A DNA stretch of 64,000 nt, taken from positions 50,344,001 through 50,408,000 of the forward strand of contig OX597833.1 of NCBI GenBank assembly GCA_951406725.2. Reading direction: 5' to 3'. This document shows, one piece after another, positions 39,374 to 52,532 of this stretch; position 1 is the stretch's first letter, and every line of letters starts with the position of its first letter. Made by a program: the position numbers and the translations under genes. Source of the DNA: Octopus vulgaris (taxonomy: Eukaryota). The notes under the pieces were generated by a model. The model worked only from the letters and a program-made list of their open reading frames with translations, did no database searches and had not been told where the DNA came from.

Positions 39374-39887
39374 TAGATAGATACATATACATACATATAT
39401 ATATATAAGTATATATATACAGGCACACAGGTACACACACGCACACAAACACAGACGCAGACAAACACGCAATCAGGCACGCACACACGCACACACGCAC
39501 ACACGCACACACGCACACACGCACATATATGTATATATATATATATATACAGCTATGTATATCTGTATATATACATGTGTAAGCAATATATATGCGTATA
39601 CAGAAACACATACGCGCGCACACACACATACACACGCACATAATCTTCATGTCCCCCTTGATATAAAAGGTTTTTAACATATATAGAGATCTTTATCATA
39701 AAAGCCAAATTAAACCTTATTTGATAAAAAACTCATTACGCAGAGTAAAATATTTACTTAACGTACAAATCACAGAAAATAACTTCACAGATTCGCCTTC
39801 ATATTAAAGCATACATTGACTTATACACACGTTTATATTTGTACATGCCCGTTCGTTTGTGAGATAGTATTATGTTTGCATGTATAG

Positions 39888-40073
39888 AGGCGCAGGAGTA
39901 GCTGTGTGATAAGAAGCTTGCTTTTCAATCACATGATTCTAGGTTCAGTCCCACTGCGTGGCACCTTGAGCTAGTGTCTTCTACTATAGCCTCGGGCCGA
40001 CCAAAGCTTTGTCAGTGGGTTTGGTAGACGGAAACTGAAAGAAGCCCACGGTTTATATATATATATATATATC

Positions 40074-40139
<66 letters not shown>

Positions 40140-40370
40140 GTAATAATAATAATGATAATAATAATAATAATAATAATAATATTAGGGAGTATAATTCCAA
40201 ACTTACAGGGAAAAATTCCTTTTATATTTTTTATTCATTTTTTTGTACTTTTAGTGAACTAGTTATATATTTTATAATATATTTTCTTTTTCTTTATGAT
40301 TTGGTTTATGTTTATCATTGTTTGAATTACATAATAGTGGTTTTTCTCTAATTTATATATATTATGTATG

Positions 40371-40428
<58 letters not shown>

Positions 40429-40475
40429 TAGATAGATAGATATATAGATAGAGAGAGAGAGAGAGATAGAGAGAT

Positions 40476-40561
<86 letters not shown>

Positions 40562-40845
40562 ATAATAGATAGAAAGATGGATAGATAGATAGATACACGT
40601 GATCGTGCGCGCACGTGTGTGGTTGTTTGTGTCTGTTTTGTCCCTCCACCTCTGAGTGACAACCGGAGCTGGTGTGTTTACGTGATCATAACTTGGCGGT
40701 TCGGCAAAACAGACCGATGGAATAAGTACTAGGCTTAAATAAAAAAAGGTACTGGGATCGATTCATTCGACTAAAAATTGTTCAAGGCAATGCCCCAGCA
40801 TGGCCGCGGTCTAATGACTGAAACGTGTAACCGATAAAAGATAAC
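39888..40845 (+). mobile_element. SINE-A split at its internal microsatellite by an (AAT)n-bordered insert (~40072-40350) and GATA/TA expansion
   Basis: 5' half 39888-40050; 3' half 40620-40845. Confidence 0.85.
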
Positions 40846-40900
40846 ATATAATGTGTATGCTTGGTCAGATTTACAAGAGTCTGTGTGTGTGTGTGTGTGT

Positions 40901-40931
<31 letters not shown>

Positions 40932-41518
40932 CTTGTGAGAGTGGATGATTTATGTTTGAGAATGTGTATTTATTATTCATCATGGGAACCGTGAAACGTC
41001 CCTGTAGTATTTTAGTCTTCATTTCTTTTAAATCCCAACAGCCATCATTATCTAACTACAGATCTCTGTATTTTTTATGAAGGTTTATCAACTTTCCTAA
41101 TCTACCGTACAGTTTATATAAATGTACGTAAACCTCTTCATGTAAAGAGCCACTTGTCCTACCTCGGAATTCAGTCTAAATAAACACTGTGTGGTCTCTA
41201 GACCGGATATTTTAGAATGAACGATGGATTCTGAGACAGATTGTCAAAGTGGTTGCCTTTAATTAGATTTTGATAATAAGGGGAATTTTCAGGATAAGTG
41301 GTTTTGCTAAAAGATCCTTAAAGAAGGAGGAACTTGGGGCAATAATATTTTGTTTAAGTTTATACATCCTCACACAAACAAACGCAAATTTATACACATA
41401 CTAACTCAACTATATTATACACAGACACATATACACGCATTGGCGCTCACACACGCATACACATATAAATACATGTTATATATTTTTGTTTCGTTCTGTG
41501 TTACATATGCTAATATGG

Positions 41519-41570
<52 letters not shown>

Positions 41571-41839
41571 TATATATATATACCTCTATCTTTTTTTATA
41601 GATTTGTTAGTATTCTTAAACGTACATACATAAGATACCGCTTTGTAAATACGAGGGTATATGTGTGTCAAAGACAGATAGAGAGATAGATTGCTTCGTC
41701 TATAGATAGGTAGGTAAACAGAGAGATAGCTAGCTTGTTAGCTATCTATAGATAGATAAGGAAGCAAATAAAGAAATAGATAGCTAGCTTCATCTATTGA
41801 TAGATGGGTAAACAAGGGGATAGCTAGCTAGCTTCGTCT

Positions 41840-41910
<71 letters not shown>

Positions 41911-41911
<1 letters not shown>

Positions 41912-42419
41912 ATGGATAGATATATCGTATGTGTGTACATATGTATGTACGTATGTATGTATGTATGTATCTATCTATCTAGCGAGAATCATCTTAATAG
42001 AGATAAGTTTAAGAGGCATAGGCGTAGGAGTGGCTGTGTGGTAAGTAGCTTGCTTACCAACCACATGGTCCCAGAGTGTGAGAGAATGTGGCGTATGCAC
42101 CTCTTAACTTATAAAGTATCTAGTGCAGCCCAAGTTCGTAATCTTCTCTTTAAAGCTTGCTGACGCTGGCTAGCATGGGTTTTACCCAGGAATAGCTTAT
42201 AATGTATCGTCCCTGCTATCACACGGCTCTTCCTTGTTGAAGAATCTCGGAACAGCAATGGCTGTCGGAGATGACGCGTATAGTCCACTCTGATGCATAT
42301 GTTCTGGAACGCATATATCATTGACTTGGTGTACTGTTGGTGAGTTAAAGAGGACAAAAACTAGCAGAGTCCCACAGGTAGAAGAAGAAGTGAATGTAGA
42401 CGTTTAGATAGATAGATAA

Positions 42420-42455
<36 letters not shown>

Positions 42456-42627
42456 ATGGATAGATATATCGTATGTATGTACATATGTATGTACGTATGT
42501 ATGTACGTATGTATGTATGTATCTATCTAGCGAGAATCATCTTAATAGAGATAAGTTTAAGAGGCATAGGCGTAGGAGTGGCTGTGTGGTAAGTAGCTTG
42601 CTTACCAACCACATGGTCCCAGAGTGT
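41911..42627 (+). repeat. ~170-bp direct duplication (41911-42079 / 42455-42627) around a unique insert
   Basis: Near-identical copies, each ending in a truncated SINE-A head at GGTCCCAGAGTGT. Confidence 0.9.
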
Positions 42628-42811
42628 AAAAATAATAAACCGGTTCGATTTCCACTCAATTACAAGTAAACTAGTGTAAATTGAACCAGTGAGTGTGTTA
42701 AGTAATAAGGCACTAAAAGAGAATGATTCTCCCCAGACAATATAATGTTTCAACACATGAATTCACATAAAGAATCTTGCAAACGAAATACAAAAACGAA
42801 TTAATCAGAGA

Positions 42812-43037
42812 TACTCTTTACTCTTTACTCTTTTACTTGTTTCAGTCATTTCACTGTGGCCATGCTGGAGCACCGCTTTTAGTCGAGCAAATCGACCCCA
42901 GAACTTATTCTTTGTAAGCCTAGTACTTATTCTATCGGTTCTCTTTTGCCGAACCGCTAATATATGGCGACATAAACACACCAGCGTCGGTTGTCAAGAG
43001 ATGTTGGGGGGACAAACACAGACACACAAACATATAC

Positions 43038-43109
<72 letters not shown>

Positions 43110-43279
43110 ATATATATGATGGGCTTCTTTCAGTTTCTGTCTGCCAAATCTACTCACTAGGCTTTGGTCGGTCCGAGGCTATAGTAGAAGACACTTGCCC
43201 GACGTGCCACGCAGTGGGACTGAACCCGGAACCATGCAGTTCGTAAGTAAGCTACTTACCACACAGCCACTCCAACACC
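42812..43279 (-). mobile_element. SINE-A, full length
   Basis: Reverse complement of consensus. Confidence 0.92.
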
Positions 43280-43877
43280 TATATATAAAAAAGACAAAAT
43301 GTCACAAAGGGTGGAATAAAAGCGGAGCAAGCAATGCGAGAGTGAGGGAGTGAGGGAGAGAGAGTGAAAGAGAGAGAAGAAAAGAGTGGGGAACAGAAGA
43401 GATGGGAACACTGTGCTAGGGGTGGGTTTGGAATGTTAAAATGTTAATTGTTTATTTGTTGTTGACTTGTTACTGGCCAAGCTGGGGCATAATCAACAAC
43501 GGCTAATCTATCTACTGGTAACGACAAATGCACAACACAAAAGTTCTAAGAAAGGTTTTGATGTTGCTTATTCTATGGTCATACCTGAATGATCAGGTCT
43601 ATGAGGAAAAGTGTTCCAGTCGTGACAATCCTATTCCATTTAGAGATACATTTAAAACAATATGAAAGAACGTTACTTTTCGTTATTGAAAAGTGTCAGG
43701 TGTAATTTGAGGTAGATTTAGTATTTCTAGCTGTTACGTATGATTACGTTTAGGTTCCCACGTTTGCTTCTATGAAAAGGTGTTTTTTTGTTTATGGTTC
43801 ATACGATGTGTGTGTATATGTGTTGTGTGTATGTGTGTATGAGTGTATATATCTATATATCTATATCTATCTATCTA

Positions 43878-43922
<45 letters not shown>

Positions 43923-43924
43923 AG

Positions 43925-44258
43925 AAAATAAATATAAAATATAAATTACAAAGTGGGACAAGAACGCAAAAACACACAAAGAGACGACACAAAAAAAAAC
44001 AGACGGGTCACTCGAAGCCTCTAATATTCAGTCGGAACCGGATCATCTTAGCAATTTCGGCTGTTTAATCTCGATATCACTCCGAACTGGCCAGCCCCAA
44101 GGAAAAACTAAGCCACAGGCGTTAGATTTCTTGGAAAGAAGATCGAATGTATACGAAACAAAGACAGGATGCCACACGAATATAAATACAAGAAACAAAA
44201 AATAGAAATAAAAAACAAGAATGGTAGGCAGGACAAAAACAGCGGGCGTCTTACGACT
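43925..44258 (-). mobile_element. Family F copy abutting (TA)n
   Basis: GGGACAAGAACGCAAAA...GCAATTTCGGCTG...CTGGCCAGCCCC shared with 50005-50199. Confidence 0.7.
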
Positions 44259-44267
44259 TTATATAAA

Positions 44268-44501
44268 CCTATTTCTTTATTATCCACAAGGGGCTAAACA
44301 TAGAGAGGACAAACAAGGACAGACATAGGTATTAAGTCGATTACATCGACCCCAGTGCGTAACTGGTACTTAATTTATCGACTCTGAAAGGATGAAAGGC
44401 AAAGTCAACCTCGGCGGAATTTGAGCTCACAACGTAACGGCAGCCGAAATACAGCTAAGCATTTCGCCCGACGTGCTAACGATTCTGCCAGCTCACCACC
44501 T
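44268..44501 (-). mobile_element. SINE-B, full length
   Basis: Reverse complement of consensus. Confidence 0.92.
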
Positions 44502-45233
44502 TATATACCGCTGTATGTGTAAGTATGTGAGTGTGAATGTGTGAATGTGAGTGTGTATGTGTGTGTGTGTGTGTTATTGATAGAAATTTGGAGAGAAGAA
44601 TGTTGAACGGTAACAGAAAAACGAAGAGAGAGAAGGACAGTTAGAAATGCAAGAGAACCAAACTATTATTTGAAAAACTCCTTTCGTAGGATAAGAAATA
44701 TTTGTAACTTCTTTGCAAGCTCTGATTAATGTCACTGCTGACAAATATTTGGCAGTTTCGAATTTAGCAAGAAGTACAAGCAATTTGTTACCCGATTATG
44801 GTTAAAATAAATGGATCTCTCGAAAAGATACGTTATTACGTCCATATAAACCATTCCCTAAACTTGGCACTTCCCATGGTCGTTTAGACCCTTAACGTAG
44901 TAATCTGTGAAATTTTACGAAACGATTCATCATGGTAGGTCACTCGAGGTTGTCAGTACGGTTGAACACCGAGGTAGAGATAACAGGATATGGTATCCAA
45001 TAAATAAATAAATAAATAAATAAATAAATGAATAAAAATGAATGAATAAAAAAGTGTCTGAGATATCGTGTTTTGAAACTGAGTATGTTGTAAAGGGTAT
45101 TAAAAGAGAAAAACTGTGCGTGCTTTGTGATTTGTGTTTATTGCTGAGATAGACACATGGCTCAAATATGCCAACCTTCTCGATATAAACCTTTAAAATA
45201 TCTTAAGCATGTATGTACGTATACGGAGAGTGA

Positions 45234-45270
<37 letters not shown>

Positions 45271-45371
45271 GAAGATAGATACAAAGATATATAAAGGCAT
45301 ATATATATATATGTATATATACATGTGTATATATATATGTATACATATATATGTGTGTGTAAACATATATG

Positions 45372-45438
<67 letters not shown>

Positions 45439-45460
45439 ATCTATCTACTATCTATCTATC

Positions 45461-45497
<37 letters not shown>

Positions 45498-45521
45498 CAT
45501 AATTATGAACATGCACGTATC

Positions 45522-45569
<48 letters not shown>

Positions 45570-45636
45570 CGTATATAAATATACATAAATAAATGCATAC
45601 TTACATATATATGTATGTATATAAACATATACATAC

Positions 45637-46022
45637 ACTTCTAGTCTTTTATTTGTTTCAGTCATTTGACTGCGGCCATGCTGGAGCACACCCTTTAGTC
45701 GTAATAAATCTATTCCAGGACTTATTCTTTGTATGCCTAGTACTTAGTACTTATTCTATCGGTCTATTTTGCCGAACCGCTCGGTTACGGGGGCGTAAAG
45801 ACAGGTGGTGTTGGGATGGGGACAAATACGGACATGCAAATATATATATATACATATGACTGTATATATATATATATGACAGGCTTCTTTCGGTTTCCAT
45901 TTGCCAACTTTACTCACAAGGCTTTGGTCAGCCCGAGGCTATAGTAGAAGACACTTGCCCAAGGTGCCACAGAGTGGGACTGAACCCGGAACTATGTGGT
46001 TGGTAAGCAAGCTACTTACGAC
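45637..46022 (-). mobile_element. SINE-A
   Basis: Reverse complement of consensus. Confidence 0.87.
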
Positions 46023-46053
46023 TCTCTCTCTATATATATATATGCAAACATAG

Positions 46054-46103
<50 letters not shown>

Positions 46104-46737
46104 AAATATGCATAAATATATACGTACATATATAAATATATAAACATATATGCGTACATAGACACACACGCACAAATAAACAATCACAGCGTTAAGTAGT
46201 GAAGATACATAGCTACATACATATTTATAAATTGACGTACACTTTTATCAGAGTTTTTTTCTTCTTTTTACATTATAGCCTCGCAAATGCTACAGATAAT
46301 ACAATATCTAAATCGAATGATTTAGATATTGTTAATAAAAACATAAAACAAAAGAGACCGAGAGAGTCATTTAGTTCTTAAAGGTAATTTGCGACGTAAA
46401 TGAAGTGAAATGAAATGGAAATTGTGTTACGAAATAATTTAATTGAACAATACATAAAAACTTGTTTACATCGTACTAAATCGGCTCCCGTTGGGGCTGT
46501 TGCTAGGTTACAAGTAGAAGAGAAACTGCCAAATGTCGAGCTATGATTATTCTTAAAAATGAAATAATAGAAGCAGTGCACTAAATTTTGGCTGTTATCT
46601 GTTATTTCAGTAGTTTTCTTTTTCTTTTTAAAGACTGGTAATTATTCTATTGGAACTTGTGCTGAACTGTTAAGTTATTGTAACGTCAACAAACCAACAA
46701 TGTATGTCAAACAATGGGTGACAAGCACACACAAACA

Positions 46738-46770
<33 letters not shown>

Positions 46771-46772
<2 letters not shown>

Positions 46773-47014
46773 GCGCCCTGTTCAAGCCCAGGCACGCTCA
46801 TGGGCCCGGTTTCCCGGTTTCTATGGCGTATGTGTTCTCCAGCTGGACGAAACGCCAGTCCATCGCAGCGTTACTCATTTTTGACAGCTGAGTGGACTGG
46901 AGCAACGTGAAACGAAGTGTTTTGCTCAAGAACACAACGCGTCGCCCGTTCCAGGAATCGAAACCACAATCTTACGATCATGATGCTCACACCCAAAACC
47001 ACTTAGCCACGCAC

Positions 47015-47018
<4 letters not shown>
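46771..47018 (-). mobile_element. SINE-C, full length
   Basis: Reverse-complement homolog of 62816-63061. Confidence 0.9.
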
Positions 47019-47055
<37 letters not shown>

Positions 47056-47104
47056 TATATATATATATACACGCACACAAATATAATATAATATACGTTC
47101 GTTT

Positions 47105-47290
47105 CGCTTAAACGTGGATGTTCTGTTTGAACAAACAAAATACCGCGGAAGAGAAATTCTTATGGTAATTACCCTATGTCACCATGAGGGAAATTCTGAT
47201 GGTAACTACCACACTAGTTAAACTGTAACTAGTTTATTCTAACAGAACATCTTGTGTTGTTTATTCTAATAGAAGATCCACGTTTAAGCG
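47105..47290. mobile_element. MITE-like element with 33-bp terminal inverted repeats
   Basis: CGCTTAAACGTGGATGTTCTGTTTGAACAAACA vs TGTTTATTCTAATAGAAGATCCACGTTTAAGCG (4 mismatches). Confidence 0.65.
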
Positions 47291-47299
47291 GGGGATTAA

Positions 47300-47518
47300 T
47301 ATAGGTTTCAAAGTTTGGCACAAAGCCAGAAATTTTTGGGGAGGTTGCTTGTCGATTAAATCGACCCTAGTGTTCAACAGCTAGTTAATTGATCGACCGC
47401 GAAAGAGATGAAAGGCAAAGTCGGCCTCGGTGGAATTGGAACCCAGAACGTGCAAACATACGAAATGCCGCTAAGCATTTTGCCAGGAGTGCTAACGATC
47501 CTGCCAGCTCACCGCCTT
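47300..47518 (-). mobile_element. SINE-B (older tail variant) with target-site duplication
   Basis: Flanked by TAAGCGGGG(G)ATTA at ~47285 and ~47519. Confidence 0.85.
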
Positions 47519-48482
47519 TAAGCGGGGATTAGTGTTACCTCTTGGTATTAATACAGTCTACCAAATCCACTCAAAGGCTTTAGTTGACTTGTGGCAGTAG
47601 AAGAAGGCATTTGTCCAAGGTGCCACACAGTGGAATTGAACGCCAAACGGTGTGATTGTAAAGCAAGCCATTTGTCATATAACCATGCCTAAACAATTAC
47701 GTTATCGGTGAACAGAAACTTGACTGATGAACTGCCAAGTTTTGGTATAATTTCATATCCTATAGTTATTTGTGCGTACTACGCACTATTTTATATTTAA
47801 ATATAACTGGTAGGAACTAGGTTTCGACTTATACATGAGGCAAAGCGAATAACAAGTTTGAATATGAAGGGAGAAGAATTTGTACCAAGATTTAGCGCTA
47901 TTTGTGGGTGTAATTTATAAATGCGTGCGTCGTATACACGGGCAAACACGGCAGGCCTTCTTAGTAATTCCCATTGAAATTTTAACATAAGAGACGCTAA
48001 TTCACTCATAGATATAAAGACACCTTCTGGGTGGAACACTATAAGGAAATATGGGTAGCAAACCACTGGTAAATAAAAGCTTTCCTTTAATCAAGATAAC
48101 CTGCTGTTCTTTTGTTCATCATCGTAAAACAGAAAGAGGAGGCGTTTATAAAAAACGCCATTGAATGAAAGATATCGACGAGTCCCCAAAGATTGAGTAT
48201 CATAGAACTAAACAGGAAAAGGTTTTGCATTTTTGCGAAGTGAATAAATCCTCTCACAATGTTTCTATATCATAAGAGAAACCGTGTTCAACAGGGACTT
48301 GAAACCAGCTCTAGGTGGGTTGGAGTGTGAAATTTGTGCTAGAAAACATTTTCCACTTTACATAAAGTTATTAACTTGAATATTGTATTCAAAACAAAAA
48401 AATATCTTCAATTACAATTCAAGACGAAAATGAAAGACTTCATTTATCTAGTGACATGACGTATATTTAGAAATGAACTGGC

Positions 48483-48540
<58 letters not shown>

Positions 48541-49250
48541 TACATTCAAGTGGCATTAGCATTGGAATCGAAATGGCAATCTTCCAAAACTTTATTTGAA
48601 ACATTAGCCTAAAGTACGGAAGTTGCTTGTCGTCAGTATACATACATACATACATACATACATACGTACGTACGTACATACATACATACATGCATACATA
48701 CATGCATACATACATACATACATACATACATACATACATACATACATACATACATACATACATACATACATACATACATACATACGTCTGTGTATGTATG
48801 TGTTTATGTAAAGATTTGAAATAATGACAAAAGATGGACATTAAGAGACAACTTGAGTCGATTGACATATTGTAATATAAACAACGAAAACAAAACAAAA
48901 AAAAAGGCAGAAACAACAATATTCATTGAGATATCTCGGTGATATTTAATAATTAATAATCGAAAAAAAAAATGATGAAGAATATAAAACTTTGATTCTT
49001 TTCATTTGTTTAAGTATCATCGAAGTTATAAACAAATATCCGGTTTACCGGAAGCTTTCATAATTGGTTTATTGCTACATAATATTTTTATTGTGTACAA
49101 AGAATAACGTTGAAATCTATGTAGACTTTAAGCAACACAGCCCAAGTCATCAACCTCTATTAATCATTTAAAAGCAGAGAAATTTAGTCTTATAGTTCAG
49201 GGATTTGGGTTCATTTTCTAAGTTTAAAATGAATGCTCACCGGTAAATTG

Positions 49251-49361
49251 TGGCGTCCATTTCGTTGGTTTTTACGCTGGCGTCCATTTTGTTGATTTTA
49301 ATGTTGGCGTCCATTTTGATGGTCTTTTTTATGTTGGCGTCCACTTTTTGTTGGTATTTAT
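49251..49361 (+). repeat. Minisatellite, 4 x 27-30 bp, core TGGCGTCCATTTT
   Basis: Cores at 49251, 49278, 49305 and 49335. Confidence 0.9.
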
Positions 49362-49960
49362 GAACCGTGGTTGACCTTTCAAGCTATGATCAAGATTCCG
49401 ATGGCGGACAGTGGAATAGAAACTAACGCTGCCGCCGCCACCGCCGCTTCTACTGTTAATAAGGATGATAATGATGATGCTGATGATGACGATCTTGGTA
49501 GTGGTTGTCTTTGGAGGCTGATGATATGTGGCGGTAGGGTTGTGATCATGGCAAACGCAAGTGTACTTCGTAGTTCATAAATGATGACATTGATGATAAT
49601 AAAGGTGTTTATGGTGGTAATGGTGGTGGTGATGATGATGACGACGATGTTTATAGTGATTGGGATGCTATGGCTGATCATGATGAGGATGAGAAAGATG
49701 ATTAGGTTGTTTTATGATGATGATGATGGTGAGTCTAATATGCCAGAAGCCGATGACCAGCAGCAAAGGGAGATAATCGCCATTGTTTATATCTGTATCA
49801 TCCCCCCCCTATTTTAGAGGCCACAGGCCAACAGGTCTTAGAGGTTGAAGATACGCCATAAAGGTAACCCTAAACCAGCCTTCAGCAGTAATAAATATAA
49901 ACTGCTCTACATCTTATAGTGAGCTTCTCCGGATTTATGTTTTTCTAAAAAAAAAGAAAA

Positions 49961-50004
<44 letters not shown>

Positions 50005-50010
<6 letters not shown>

Positions 50011-50199
50011 CAAAATGGGACAAGAACGCAAAACATACGGACAAGTAGGTGATATAAAAAGGGATAGCAAAACATCCAGATAGACGATACAAAGAAAACA
50101 AGGACGGGTCATTCGAAGCTTTCTATCCTCAGTCAAGAACCGGATCATCCTCGCAATTTCGGCTGATTAATCTTGAGATTGCTCCAATCTGGCCAGCCA
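50005..50199 (-). mobile_element. Family F copy abutting (TA)n
   Basis: Homologous to ~43925-44100. Confidence 0.7.
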
Positions 50200-50255
50200 T
50201 AGATAGGCAGATAGATAGATAGATAGATATATAGATAGATAGATATATAGATATA

Positions 50256-50287
<32 letters not shown>

Positions 50288-51079
50288 TAGATAGATATGC
50301 ATCGGCTAATGTTATGCTTCGGGTTGGTATGTTGTAGCCGTCTACGAAATGTAGCTTGTAGATGTAACGCTTCAAGGTTCTCGCGTCGGAGTATGAGTAA
50401 ACATCAAAATATCAACACCAAGAAGGAAGAAATATTATTTACATATGTTTATTCGTTTGCCCGACAGGTAGTTAAAGAGACAGTAGCAATTCTAGTGATA
50501 GTGGCAACAAGGTTGGCTCGCTGCTTAGTAGTTGATAGTGTAGAAAAAGGTTGTCTGTCAGTCGAGAGTGAAAGAATAAGGAATGCACGGTGTTGACTAG
50601 AAAGGAAGAAAGGATAGAAGTCTTTCTTGCGGCCAAGAGAAATGCTGCTCTTGGTCATGGCTGGCGCAAAAGAGGAAGAGATAGGAAATTCTCTCTGTTA
50701 TATAGACTATGGTCACTAATGTAGATCAAACCCTAAACAAAGGACAGACATTTCCTTGACCAGCACAGGTCTTAGGGGGTCGAGTGTTTCCTAATCAATC
50801 ATCTGCTGTGGAGAGGGATTCCCTCTTGTTTTGACAAGCATGAAGCAGGTAAATTTGGTTTCAAATCTCAGGCAGGATCAAGCTAGGTCCCTACATACAT
50901 ACATACATACATACATACATACATACATACATACATACTGTGGCCATGCTGGGGCACCGCCATTACATATAATATATATTACAATTATATATATTACAAT
51001 ATATAATATATATTACATTACATATATCTAAATAATACATTTCTAAATATCTCAGAGAGATTTATGCAGTACTGGTACA

Positions 51080-51224
51080 ATAAAGTAATTGTATACTGTC
51101 AACTTAATGTGACAGTCCTATGAAGGAAATCATACTACTGCTATTTAGCCCTAGGAAGCAGCAACGTTTCCTGTCGGCCTTCATGGGACTGTCACATTAA
51201 GTTGACGGTATACAACTACTTTAT
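51080..51224. mobile_element. 145-bp fold-back element, 47-bp arms
   Basis: 51080-51126 vs 51178-51224, 3 mismatches. Confidence 0.8.
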
Positions 51225-51233
51225 ATGTATATG

Positions 51234-51287
<54 letters not shown>

Positions 51288-51290
<3 letters not shown>

Positions 51291-52532
51291 GGTGTCCCCA
51301 AAAAATGTATACAGACTTTAGCAGCTGATAACTCAATTGATATTTTTTCTTTCCAGATGAAACCTATAGGATTTAATGATGGTAGTCAGATTAAGCTTTG
51401 AACAAAGAAAATTCATTCTAAAATGATACTGGAAGTGTGAAAATGCAGTTGAAGTGCAAAAACAGTTGGGGAGGGAGTTTCAAACAGATCCACCAATGCA
51501 ACTCCCTATCACTTAAATTAGAGATAAGTTTGAAGCTGATGGAACTGTTCAGGATGTCCACGATAAGCATTCCAGAAGACCCCGAACATCAGCAACCTCA
51601 ACAAAGCAAGGAGTACTGGAAATGAATCACCAAAGTCCAAGAAAATCTGTGCGGCAAAGCGAGTCATGAGGTAGGTATTCCAAAATCATCTGTCCAATGC
51701 ATTTTGAAGCATTGTCAATGGAAAAGTTACATTCCAAGATTAGTCCATGCTAATAATGATGATGATCCAGACGAAAGAGTGCAGCACTGTGAGTGGTACT
51801 TGGAACGATGTGTAGAAGCTGCACACTTTCCAACAAAGATTGTGTGGAGTGATGAAGCCACATTCAAATTAAATGGTTCAATTAACTGCCACAATTGCAC
51901 CTACTGGGGTCCTGAGAATCTGCATGTTATGGTGAAACACCATGTTAATTTGATATTTGTGTGGTGTGGTTTATCATCAAGAGGATTAATTGGACCATTC
52001 TTTTGTTATGCTACTGTGACTGGTCCCGTTTACTTGAACTTGTTGCAACAGTCTGTTATGCCAAGCATTAGAGAAGACTTTGAAGATGAGGAGTTTTATT
52101 TTCAGCAAGATGGAGCACCCCCACACTACCATTGCTATGTTAGATCCTTCCTTGATGAGATCTTGCTAAACAGGTGGATTGGATGAAGAGGTATGGTTGA
52201 ATTCACCAGACCTCACACCACTAGACTTTTTTATGGGGATACCTTAAAGACAAATTCTACGCTATGAAACATACAAGTCGCTGATTTGAGAGCAGCCATT
52301 GGACGAGAGTGCACACAAATACCAAACAAATTCTTTTGTGATATTTGTGATTCCATTCCTTTGCGTTGTCAGCAGTGCCTGGACCAGACCGGACATCAGT
52401 TTGAAAACAGGCATTGACAAAACAATAAAATAATGTCTGTAGATTCTATTAAATTTTGAAAATGAAGTGTCTTTTAATAAACAACTACTTTACAATTGTT
52501 TAAAGTGTGCATACATTTTTTGGGACACCCTG
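51288..52532 (+). mobile_element. Full-length Tc1/mariner DNA transposon (probably DD41D/rosa group), inactive
   Basis: TA flanks; ~32-bp TIRs CAGGGTGTCCC(C)AAAAAATGTAT; 1245 bp. Confidence 0.95.
51376..52417 (+). pseudogene. Transposase pseudogene
   Basis: MMVVRLSFEQRKFILK*YWKCENAVEVQ (HTH region)...[13 protein letters not shown]...FQQDGAPPH...RWIG*RG../SPDLTPLDFF/WGYLKDK...GHQFENRH*; several stops and frameshifts. Confidence 0.93.

Noticed and set aside
42080-42405. Possible tyrosine-recombinase (DIRS) fragment on the minus strand
   Set aside because: Only vague resemblance; catalytic motifs not found
49251-49361. CRISPR-like repeat-spacer look
   Set aside because: Core only ~13 bp, spacers similar to each other, eukaryotic context, no cas genes
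50297-50880. Complex unique segment with short ORFs on both strands
   Set aside because: No motif or family recognised; cannot support a call
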